The position numbers and the translations under genes are program-made. DNA of 53,827 nucleotides, filler included, from Trypethelium eluteriae (Eukaryota), in the NCBI GenBank assembly GCA_051942245.1. It is 3 parts of 3 records of this genome, joined end to end, with 100 filler letters (N's around TTAATTAATTAA, not from the genome) between each part and the next. Parts side by side here need not be neighbours in the genome. Positions count along the whole stretch, not along the records: positions 1 to 17,892 come from JAVECL010000578.1; positions 17,993 to 35,866 come from JAVECL010000579.1; 1 more part is not named here. One strand, given 5' to 3'. The notes beneath the pieces are model-generated. The model did not search any database, was not told the origin of the DNA, and worked only from the letters and a program-made list of their open reading frames with translations. Positions 11,501 through 22,108 of this stretch are shown one piece after another (the first letter of the stretch is position 1; the number at the start of each line of letters is the position of its first letter).

Positions 11501-14500
11501 GGACCCCCGCCTATTTATGCAAAAACTTCATGGTCTCGAACAAATGCCGACCGACCTGGAGTCGTTCTACTGTGGACTTCTTGCTAGTATTTCAGGGCCA
11601 ATCCGTCCTCTTGCCAAACTTGGTTTCTCCTGGGTTCTTGCTTCATGCCAACCACTCGGCCTCGACGAACTCCGTTACGCTGTATCGATAGACTACAACA
11701 ATCATACCAATGTACAGGAAGTTAATGATACCATGAACAATATGGTCCCTGAGAACTTTGCTGAGCAGTGTGCTTTCTTGATCAAAGTCGGTAATGACGG
11801 CAAGGTGCAATTTGCTCATCAGTCAGTGAAAGATCTCTTGCTTCAAAGAAGTGTATCTACAAGAAAGAATGAAACAGTCCTGAATATGTTTCGGCTCTCG
11901 CACCAGGACTCGCATAGCCAGATAGCTAAAGCCTGTTTAACGACTTTACTCATGGATACGTTTTCACTTCCATCCATCGATTCAGAAATCCCCTCAGGAG
12001 AGGAGATTTTGAACATCAGCCAGAGAATCCTCTTAACTGATATGATTGATGATCAAGACAGGTCAGAATACGACGAGCTTCGAAATAGACTTACAACTCT
12101 GTGGAGACAATCTCCTCTTCTGCTATACAGTCTACAATATTGGGCAGATCATTCAGCCGAAGCTACCCGGGATGGCCGAATTGATGACCTAATCTTTCGC
12201 TATGTTACTTCACCTCAAGCGAATTACTTTCGCCTTGCAACGATGACCTGGAAGAGGGCCTGCATCGAGACGGTACCCGATGCTTTGGGTCAAATTGCCG
12301 CTACAGAGCCTCCAATCCATATGACACTACAATGTGGTGACTTCTCTGGCGTCGTACGGAAGCTACTATCTGAAGGACACAACGTTAACGAGCTGGATGA
12401 AGTTGGCCTCACACCCCTTCATTGGGCCATTACTCGCAATTGTAAGCAGTCTTTCGAAGTTCTTCTGGAAGTCGGTGAGTTAGATCCAAATCAATCACCT
12501 ACCAATCGACCGAAGCCTATTCATCAAGCTATTTACTGGCAGCGAACCAGTTTCTTGAGCCGATTGTTGGATGCCAAGGGCATAGAGGTCAATAGTCGCA
12601 GTAGAGAATATTGGACGCCACTGCATCTGGCATTGCACCGACGCTTCATTTCCGCAATTGAGGTGCTTCTGGAGGACCACCGTATTGATATACAAGCTCG
12701 AGATGAGAACGGCGTCAGTGGATTTGAACTTGCTTTTCGACTAGGGTATCGCGAGACTATTATTAAACGTATGGTCCAGTTGATAGATATGAAGTCAGCG
12801 CTTAGAGGAGCCAGCGGTTCTCCTGAGCTTAGCCTTCTGATGCTTGCCGGGGTGTGGGGCTGGACCGACGTTGAACGCCAAATTCTCGAAAAAGATCGAT
12901 CTCAGGTACTGGAATTGGACAATGAGGGCATGAATGTCCTAACAAAATAGTAGGCATGTGTTTCCGTGTAAAATTTTCGCTTGCTAATCACAGAGTTTAG
13001 TGCTTACTGGGGACGCCGGGAAAAGGTTAAGTTCTTTTTACAGAACTTGCCTGCAGAAAGTCTGACTTATTCTTATGTTGGCAACCGCTACAACCTATTG
13101 CATCTTTGTGCACATCAGAACTGGGAGGATGTGGTTCACACCTTGCGCTCAAAATTCCGTCTCGAAGGGCTTGACAGCGATCACCGGGGGCGCACATTAC
13201 TTCACTGGGCTGCTGAAAATAGATGGAAATATGCCCAAGCTGATCATTCATCTATGCCACCAGGCTGGCTAGATCGCCAAGACCGCGATGGAATGACAGC
13301 GCTCCATCTTGCCGTTATCAACAGGAACTCTGTAGCCGTCGATTCTCTACTCAGCCAAGGCGCCCGATTCCTACTAAGAGATAAGCACGGGAAAAATGCT
13401 GTTCACACGGCCGCTGAACAGTCATTCACTCCTGCGTTACGTCTATTCTTAGCTACGGAAGTCAGAGAATTCCAACGTGATCATCATGGTACAACCCTCC
13501 TCCATTACGTCTGCATGTGGCAGTCCTCGGAAATCATTGAGCAATACATAGAGTACAAGAAACCTCGTCTCAATGTTCGTGACAAGTCACGACGTACAGC
13601 CCTCCATACGGCCGCAAGATGTGGCAACTGCGATGCTGCTGAGGTTTTGCTATCCCGAGGGGCCTTCGTCGATGCACGAGACAGCAATCTTCAGACTCCC
13701 CTGCACTATGCTTTATCAGAAGGCCATAAGGGAATGATAAAGATCCTTGAGAGACATAGTGCTGACTTTCACTTGAGAGATCGTTTCCGTCAGACATGTC
13801 TACATATAAGTATTCGTCAACAGCGGCGGATCTCTCACAGATTCGATGAAGAAAATTCCACTCCCGTTATCACTCGCGCAATAGATGACGAAACAGTCAA
13901 TAAAGTCATGCAAAAAGCACCAATGATACATTATCGGGACTCTTTTGGAAAGCTTCCTTTGCATCGTGCAAGTGCGGTATCGACACCCTCGACTGTTCGG
14001 AAGCTCATTAGGCTGGGCGCTGGTCTCAATCTACAAGACTCTTTTGGGCAGTCTTCGCTCCATCTATCAGTTGGCAATAACAATCACGCCGTCACGAAAA
14101 CACTTCTTGCTTGTTACAACATACAGACATCAAAATTAGATCATCGCGGGTGTACACCCTTAGACTACGCTCTGACTCTTGGACAAGAGCAGGATATTAA
14201 CGTCTTGTTAAATGTGCAGGCCATCAGTACACAAGATTACGGGTTGAGACTTCGTCCGTTATTGAACCCATATTGGCATGAGACAGACCGCTACAACTGG
14301 CATACCGAATGGAAAATTTGTTTGCGAGGCGGCGTCTTACCTTCAAAGCCGACATATTCACCACCTACGCCGACATATTCACCACCTATGCCGACATATT
14401 CACCACCTACGCCGACATATTCATCACCTACGCCGACATATTCACCATCTACAAAGCTGGCAGATCTACCACCTCTTTCCCCTATAGAAAATCCATTCAT

Positions 14501-15005
14501 ACTACCGGAACGACGGGATGATTTCCCTCAGGCAAAGCCGTTCTCAGGCTTGTATGACCTTTCCAAGCGTTGGAATTACATCGATGAAACTTACAGGGTG
14601 AACCATAACCCCAGTAATGCACAGACTTTAGCCGAGTCGGCCTTCGGAGCCAGGCGAGATTTGACCCTATATCATGTTATGATTCACAAGGATGATATAT
14701 ACATTCCTACATTGGATATCTATGACCTGCCTTATCGCACCAACTTGGTGAGTAGTCAGGTCTAAGGATTCAGAACTCAAGGGCGTACATACTAAACTCC
14801 TGGATAGGAACATCCTGCATATTGGATCATCACCCAACATTTGACTGAGGCACAGATGGATTTTCTATTTCAGCACGTCCATAACCTCCATCAATTGGAT
14901 TCTGCTCTTCCGCTTGATGAGAGACAGCGAAAAGCTGTGCCAGCTAATTGGCAGGCTTACTTTCCGAACGCAAGTAGGTTGCAACAGAATAACCAGTCGA
15001 GATGA
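8520..15005 (+). CDS. Fungal NLR: 2x alpha/beta-hydrolase (SesB/PGAP1-like) - NACHT - ankyrin repeats - heptad repeat - C-terminal domain; 5 exons
   Basis: DIIAITGLAGH...GHSLG, then DIIAIHGLAGN...CHDFGG; Walker A GTPGSGKT; Walker B IFIDAVDE; FAHQSVKD; many TPLH/TALH ankyrin motifs. Short GT-AG introns at about 10305-10352, 10525-10575, 12950-13000 and 14748-14807 join the ORFs in frame. Confidence 0.9.
14348..14452 (+). repeat. Five tandem 21-bp repeats (GCCGACATATTCACCACCTAC) encoding PTYSPPT heptads
   Basis: Directly visible: PTYSPPT-PTYSPPM-PTYSPPT-PTYSSPT-PTYSPST. Confidence 0.97.
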
Positions 15006-15736
15006 TAGTATGGAGATTTTGCCCTTTCTTAAGGAGGCCTATGGAGAAGAAGCAATGTTGTTTCACGAATCTGATGCTAGAGTCGAGGTCACGGCTCATC
15101 TTGGCAGCTCAGCATGTGAGTTGCAGGTCAGTCACACCGAGGCTCCCACCCTATGATCGCATCCTGTCTTGTATCCAAGCTGCCTAGAGTATAATGCTCA
15201 AAAGTGCTTCAGCACTCTCACACTGCGGCTACAGTCAGCCAGCTCAAAAGTTGCCAAAACGCGGTCAATAACGAGCAACAGCCTTCCCACACTTCTAAGA
15301 AATAAAGCGCCTGATTAAATTTCTTTTCTGCCTTGTGACCAACCTAGAGTCGTGGCCTGAATCTTGTCCAGGATTGTCCTTTCCTTCTCGAGCGGTTCGT
15401 TGACCCTTACAATAATAGAAAACTACTCGATTCCAATTACGGTTTTGGTGTGGTTAGTAGAGAAAGTCGACATATTTATGCGTATATTGAAGAAAGGGAG
15501 TCTTGTATCAACTTGACAGAGAACAATTCAGAGGCCTCAGTCTCACTCTTCTGCGTCCAAACTGCGACAAAGGTATATCTTCGGGCATTTGTTCTATGAT
15601 AATTGTACCAAAGCTGTTGTATCAAATTGCACGGCTTGAAGAGGCTCTCGGAATACCATAGAGCGCCGCCACGCTGTTTCGCACAAACCATTGCCTCTTC
15701 ATTGCATAGATGTCCTCCTAGCCCCTTTCATTCTCT

Positions 15737-16927
15737 TCACTCCCTATCCACTTCTTGCTCCTTGATTGTGGCACGCAATTCTTCTACAATTGGCTCCATT
15801 TGCTTGACTAGTATCTCCGCTTTTGCATGCCGCGCCTCGAATGCCGTCCTATCTGGTCCTTGAAATGGCCTGCGTGTCGTATCCCAATATTCCGGTTTGT
15901 CCCACATTGCAGTTATGACCCCCCATTGTAGCAGAGCTGCTGCAATATTACCATTTAAGCGGCGCCGCTTGACAAATTCTTCGCTCTCGGCGAAAAGTCG
16001 ACTCGTGCCTAAGTCTGAGAATGCCTGCTTGATGTGGTAGTAGAAAGGGAGGAACAAGACCATGAGACGAAAAAGTGGCGGAGCCGCGAGGATTGGAGCA
16101 TTACTTTGCACAACTTTGGTGACCTCCTCCGTGACTTCTATGTACGCAGCATTCTCGGATTCTGTTAGAGAAGTGGCATATCCTTGTTTTGTTGAGAAGC
16201 CAGCCGTTGGCAGGATGGGAAAGTGGTCAAAAGACACGCTGAACGACATACGTGCCAATCGAATCTCCTTCAAAGGTGTTAAGGCCTCCCTCAATATCTC
16301 TGTCATTGCGTGCTTGGTAAAAGCAGCAGTATGGTCAACGCCAGGAGAACAACAAAAGATCCGTGAGCCAATTTCAACATGAAGAGTGTTGAGGGGAATT
16401 ATTTTCAGTATCATGATGGTGTAGCGAAGGCTGTGCTGAAGGTCTTGAGACCATCTCAATGTTGTTCCCTGACTGTTGCTACGAACTAGTAGCAGGCGGA
16501 GATTTCGCAATGACCGTAATTTTGAGTTGGCGAGTCCAGGTATCTCTGCTGACCAAAGTTCGGACTGTAAAAGCGCGGAAGGATGCGAAAAGACAACCGT
16601 AGAATATACAGCATGCCGGTACAGGCTTTCTTTTGCTTCAAAATACACTTGTCTGTTCAACCGCAGAATGGACAAGTTTGGTGAAGCGTGGTGTCCGGGA
16701 AATTGTTGAAGCCAACTCATTCGAATCCAGCCAATTTTCTTTGGTAGGACGAAGCGGTAGATCTCCATCCTGAGCTCTAAGGGAAGATCCATGAATCGAA
16801 ACTGTCTTGTAGGTCCTGAGGTGCCGTTCTTTGCCATAGTCTCAAAGTACTCGACGTCAGAGTCATTCAGAGTCGCTGACTGGGACAAGGATGTTGCCGA
16901 AGGCTGTTGACGGACTTGAGAGGCCAT
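15737..16927 (-). CDS. F-box-like domain protein (396 aa)
   Basis: Uninterrupted ORF with FRFMDLPLELRMEIYRFVL and ILRLNRQVYFEAKESLY, typical of fungal F-box-like proteins. Confidence 0.75.
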   Translation of the reverse strand: MASQVRQQPSATSLSQSATLNDSDVEYFETMAKNGTSGPTRQFRFMDLPLELRMEIYRFVLPKKIGWIRMSWLQQFPGHHASPNLSILRLNRQVYFEAKESLYRHAVYSTVVFSHPSALLQSELWSAEIPGLANSKLRSLRNLRLLLVRSNSQGTTLRWSQDLQHSLRYTIMILKIIPLNTLHVEIGSRIFCCSPGVDHTAAFTKHAMTEILREALTPLKEIRLARMSFSVSFDHFPILPTAGFSTKQGYATSLTESENAAYIEVTEEVTKVVQSNAPILAAPPLFRLMVLFLPFYYHIKQAFSDLGTSRLFAESEEFVKRRRLNGNIAAALLQWGVITAMWDKPEYWDTTRRPFQGPDRTAFEARHAKAEILVKQMEPIVEELRATIKEQEVDRE

Positions 16928-17892
16928 GATCGGCTTTCGACACGGATTCTATTCCTTTCCTTTTCAGTCGGTTTCCTTTAGAACCTGCTGCACCCACGAT
17001 GCGTAGGGTACCTGACTTCGTCTAGGAAAGAAATACGGCAATGAGCTGTAGTGTGATGCCACCGGCAGAACAAACTAAATCTCGGGGTCCGTGCAGATAG
17101 TGATATAGAGTACCGCAAAAAGCTACATCCTAGTTCAGGAGGACCTCGACTTGGCCAGCCACTTTGTACGTGACATGCGTAGTGGCGATGTGTTCGAAGA
17201 GGAAAACACATGTGTGTCTATACGCAGACTTCGAGGTAGTCCTTCACACACTTTACACACTCTCCACACAGGGTACCTGAGTAAAGGTATTCGAATTCGA
17301 TACCGATTTAGAAAAAGTAAGGTACCCGTGAACGCTCGTGTGCTGGGCCGCTGACCAACATTCGGCCAAGGAAACTCGCTTTTGAAGATCTTGATGGTTC
17401 TTAGTGGATATTCCCATGGCTTGGTTCCTGAGATGTTCTTATCAAGGCTACACCTTAAACTGTAATTTGTCAGCTGATTTGCCTGCGCCAGGTGTTGTTA
17501 AGGCGCGCTTTCTCGAAGTTCGCATAGGAATGGGTACTATCAACCAAACTACAGATTCCAAGCTGAAGACACACTTCAATTCCTGCACCATGTGACGGAG
17601 AAATGATCTGGCCAAGGTCAAAAACGGCTTGAGACTTCTAACTAGATGTCAGCTAAATCGCTCCAAGGACAAACAAAAACATAAGAAATCGCTCCACAGA
17701 TGGACAAATGGCCAAACATTTCGCATCAGATATATTACAGCGACTAGGCCACCAAGTCCGAAATCGCGTCACCTCTTACCCAAGCCCAGTTAACCTGACC
17801 GATCTCATTCCCAGTCGCTCGACCCCGTCCATCATTCCTCCAAGACGACGTCCTTCTGCACTCTCCCCACATTCCCCTTACTCCCCTTCCTC

Positions 17893-17992
17893 NNNNNNNN
17901 NNNNNNNNNNNNNNNNNNNNNNNNNNNNNNNNNNNNTTAATTAATTAANNNNNNNNNNNNNNNNNNNNNNNNNNNNNNNNNNNNNNNNNNNN
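17893..17992. other. Artificial assembly gap/linker (N44-TTAATTAATTAA-N44)
   Basis: A six-frame stop linker flanked by Ns, exactly 100 nt. Confidence 0.97.
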
Positions 17993-18372
17993 GATTGATC
18001 CTGATGAGGCGAAGTATTGTTTGTGTGAGCGGGTGAGCTTTGGGGAGATGGTGGCGTGTGATAATCCTCATGTGAGTACTTGGGTGTCGTTCTATCTATA
18101 TTCACCCCTTTTCTGAAGTTCTTTCGTCTGTCAATCTTCTCGCTTGAGACATGGAGCTTCTTCCTGGTCTTTTGCGGTATCTGGCAAGGGTGAGGGACGA
18201 GGCTAATACGAGTCGTTAATAGTGCGAAATCGAATGGTTCCATTTTGAATGCGTAGGCTTGACCGAGGAGCCGAGCGGACGGCGGTGGTACTGTCCGGCG
18301 TGCGAGAAGAAATACGGGATTGGAAAGGGGAGGTCGATAGATGCGGGTGGATCAAGAAAGAAATGGTCTTAA
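17993..18372 (+). CDS. ING-family PHD finger protein, 3' part (5' end lost in the gap)
   Basis: [25 protein letters not shown], a GTGAGT...TAG intron, then [27 protein letters not shown]: the canonical ING PHD finger. Confidence 0.88.
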
Positions 18373-18945
18373 AGCATATTTTGAGAGGAAAGAATCACAG
18401 CTTGGCCGATGGGTGGGCCTTGAGACTGATGCTTATAAGAGTTGCAATACTTTGAGATACTTCCCAAAGAGTATTGGCACATATACTCAAGTGACAGAAT
18501 TCCTTAGAGGACCGCACAGATATCGCGAGATATTTGCAAGGCCATTGATTCGATGATAGACGATCTACGGAATATATCAATCAACTTTGGAAAGAACAGC
18601 GAGCAATGACCGCCGCACTCCTCATCACGATGCCAAGATTGCTTCTATTCACAGGTGCACTCCAGAATGTTCATGAAAGGACCGAGTTTGATAGCTTGAC
18701 AACCATGAGAAACGAGCTCGCCGTGAGAATCTCCTCCAATCTGCAATAAGCCCTATCTTTGCACCAAGAAAAGCAGGGCTTCCATGATGATATTTCCCAG
18801 CAAGTACTTTGGTCTACTGCCAAACTTGCTGGGCTCGCTCGATAGAGTAGCAGCGTACGAGGTGAGCAAGGGAGTTCTTTTGCTGGTCAACAAGCAAAGC
18901 ACATTCTGTTCCTCACGACTGTGGCCTTGAGTTCACCATGCAGTT

Positions 18946-19171
18946 GCGCGTCAAAACGGATTTTCGGTAACGAAGTCATTGAGGTCAACGTCGTTGACGC
19001 AGGTGATGTCACAGATGGCGAAGTAGTTGTCATCAGGATTGAAGACGGTAGCGTTTTCGGTTCGGGGAAGACGGAAGCTCCACCGGCGCGTCAAAACAAG
19101 CTCTCGGTGAGAAAGTCACTGGGGTGCTTGCCATTGATGCGGGTGATATCACAGTTTGCGAGCTGGTTGTC
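18946..19171 (-). repeat. Degenerate direct repeat, 2 x 86 bp at 140-bp spacing, with a coding-like substitution pattern
   Basis: Copies at 18946-19031 and 19086-19171 are identical at about 62 of 86 positions (hand count). On the minus strand they read DNQLANCDITRINGKHPSDFLTESLF* and DNYFAICDITCVNDVDLNDFVTENPF*. Confidence 0.8.
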
Positions 19172-19943
19172 ACCCGAACCACGAATCGGCCCGTAGACTC
19201 AGCCAAGTTTCAGAGATTGGACTAGGATGAAGCGGAACCGTAGTCAACCTACACCATCAAGATGGATTCGATGGCTGGCGCAAAATATCGTTGGGGGCAC
19301 CCCAGGAAGATTCGTACCAGATGAGGTTTGCCCCAATTGTTAGAGCATCTTTCAAGTCCAATATATCGAAGAAGTGCCCTCGCAGATGTATCGGTCGGGA
19401 TGGACGCCGGTCAAGATATCCCTATCAGAATGAGTTGATCATTGGACAGATCCAGCTCAGCAGCGATGTCATCGAAGCTGTTGAAGACAGCCGGGTTCCC
19501 AGCAACAGTGTTCCTCCAAACTGCATTCAAGAGAGAATGCAGGGGCTTGAACAAGGAGATATCAGAACCGAGAAAGGTGATAGTGATACGCAACGTGTGA
19601 AATGAAGCGAGGCCGACTGAACTGAAGATTGCGCCGCGTCATCCAACGACGGTAGCATTTCATGTAGTGACCAAAGAGAGCCTAGACGGCGAAGGGGGAT
19701 ATCCTCAAAGCTGCGTTCGGGTCAGTGAAAACAACTATCAAGGCGATTGAGTCTATTAGATTGAAATTCTATGCGGAGACGTTGTCGCTCGACGAATGGA
19801 ATTCAGCATTCCTCAGTGAGTCATCTGGTCGTAACCGTCCGGAAAACTCAATCCAGTGGCAGCGGTTATGAAGTTTGATCCAGTTCAGTGATGACATCTT
19901 CAGAGGTGGTGGGCGCCGTCAGCGTTAGATCGCCGTCCTTAAA

Positions 19944-20466
19944 TCAATCCAATTTTCCCCCGGTCGCCTCGACAATCTGTCTCACACTCCCCTCCAGTTC
20001 TGGCATCGCCCCCTTCATCTCCCGTGCCAAAACATGCTGAAATCTTGCCATAGAGTCGGCCCTTCCCTTCAAAAGTTGGTTATGCTTCTGCACGATCTCC
20101 ACGAATTCCCTGGTGTAGATATCCGGGTTTCTGCCCTCTTCAACATATTGAATGATCTCGGGAGGGATTGCGGGGATGGATGATTTAGATGAGGGATTAG
20201 CGGCATTAGAGTGCTGAGCGGCAAGGTTGCTCAGATGAGCGAGATTGCGAGCGAGCGAGCGGATAGAGTTGGCTTGGGCGTTTTGAGTTGGGGGACCGTG
20301 GTGATCATTGGATTGTATTATGAGTTCGTAGAGGTTTTGGATAGTTGCACGAAGTGAGTCTGAGACCAAGGAGTATGAGTAAGCGACTCTTCTCAAAGAG
20401 ACCAAACGTGTGGATATTGAGGATGTGTGGAATACCATCTACTTCATCTAGAACCACCGGCGCCAT
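19944..20466 (-). CDS. MED10: Mediator subunit MED10 (Nut2), 2 exons
   Basis: MAPVVLDEVD|DSLRATIQNLYEL and IPPEIIQYVEEGRNPDIYTREFVE. Confidence 0.93.
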
Positions 20467-20863
20467 TGCTATGTTTAGAGCGTAGAGTAGAGAATCCGTC
20501 CGCAAGAATCCGTCAGTACGATTGTATTGGACGTGAATCTGAAGCGAACAGCTAGTGCCTCTAGGAACTCAGTCTTCAGCAACGATCGTGATCAGAGGTC
20601 GGAAGTGAGGATGCCCTCAGTTGAAGGAACTGAGGAGGCTAAATAGGGGAAAGTGCTCCACACCTTACACGATATTTCTAGAAGAAGGGCGGAGCGGACT
20701 CCGGCTGCTGCCTCACCAAAAAAAAAAAAAACAACAAAACAAAAACCCCCCCAAATTGCATTGTTTCCTAGACGGTGACACCGCTCTTTCTTCGTTCAGT
20801 AAAGCAATTGTACTTCTAGTTATTCTATTCTTATCCAAGTTCCATGTCTCGCAGGTCATCCCT

Positions 20864-21608
20864 ATGATGAAAACAATGAGATCACTCGTTACTATTTCAG
20901 CCATAGTCCTCCTATTCGCCTTGATATGGCCACAAGTGGAGCGTATCAAGGTATGTATAATTAGAAATTCGAAATCTCTTCAATTCGTTAGGCTCTTCTC
21001 ATTCCTTTCAGTCGCAGTGGTACATCTTTGACCCAGTCAAAGTCCACCAGATCGCCAAAGATGCCATTTCCGCCAACCACAGCAACTCGACCGCGTTGCT
21101 TGACGATATCCGGAGCCGTCTCTATGCTTCTGATCCGAAAATTGCTCGGTCCATGAATCCAAATCATTTCAATCAAAAGTCAGAGTGGTTTTTCAACAAT
21201 GCGGGTGGCGCAATGGGGGCCATGTATATACTCCACGCCTCCATCACCGAATATTTGATCTTCTTCGGAACTCCGGTTGGAACTGAAGGCCACACGGGAC
21301 GCCACACTGCAGACGACTACTTCCATATCTTAGTTGGTGAGCAGCGAGCGTACTCCCCAGGTAGTCTTGAGCCAGAGATTTATCGGCCGGGTGATATGCA
21401 TCATCTCAGACGAGGTGAAGTGAAGCAGTACATGATGCCGGAGAGCGGCTGCTGGGCATTGGAGCTGGCTCAAGGGTGGATCCCTCCGATGTTACCATTT
21501 GGACTCGCGGATGCTATGTTCTCTACGCTAGACTTTCCTACGTTTTGGCGTACAGCAGTGCTCACAGGAAGGGAGATGGCAAAAAACCTGCTTACGGGGA
21601 AGATTTGA
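20864..21608 (+). CDS. ERG2: C-8 sterol isomerase (ERG2/sigma-1 receptor family), 2 exons
   Basis: N-terminal TM segment and WFFNNAGGAMGAMYILHASITEYLIFFGTPVGTEGHTGRHTADDYF. The start codon is approximate. Confidence 0.93.
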
Positions 21609-22108
21609 CGCACAGGAAGCTTTGTAGCCTTGCATCTGAGTTGTGACCTCTTAACCTCAGTCAAGCCTTGGGTGATGCGACTTTTTTCTTCTTGACTCCT
21701 TTTTGTGGAAAGGTCTATTTGGCCTAGGACGTGGTTGTACTATACCTAGTTTGTACTCTTCGCTGAGGGGATTTGCTGTATTATTTTAGTTTAAACGGAT
21801 TGTAGGTCGATACGTTTTCCGAAAACAGAACAGCCAAAACAAGTTTGTATGGAAAATCTTAGTAACTGCTTTCCCGGATGAGATCGAATAACAATAACTT
21901 CTGTCTTTTCACTCTCTTTGGTGACATGGAAGTTCTTACAGCTCCAATAAAGAGCGCGTCCAGATCAGTAGGTAGATCCTCCAAGCGCGGATAGGTCCGA
22001 CGTCAGCCCTTGGATCCTCAAGCTTCGAGCTATGAAAACCACAACAGCTCTCCGAAGCACCACACTTTCGAGCACTCGGCAATCCATGATGCTCTCACTC
22101 AAATTGAG

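Noticed and set aside
14348..14452. CRISPR-like array
   Set aside because: These are contiguous coding tandem repeats without spacers, in a eukaryotic gene.
17937..17948. TTAATTAATTAA palindrome, repeated at 35911-35922
   Set aside because: It is a synthetic six-frame stop linker inside N runs, not biological sequence.
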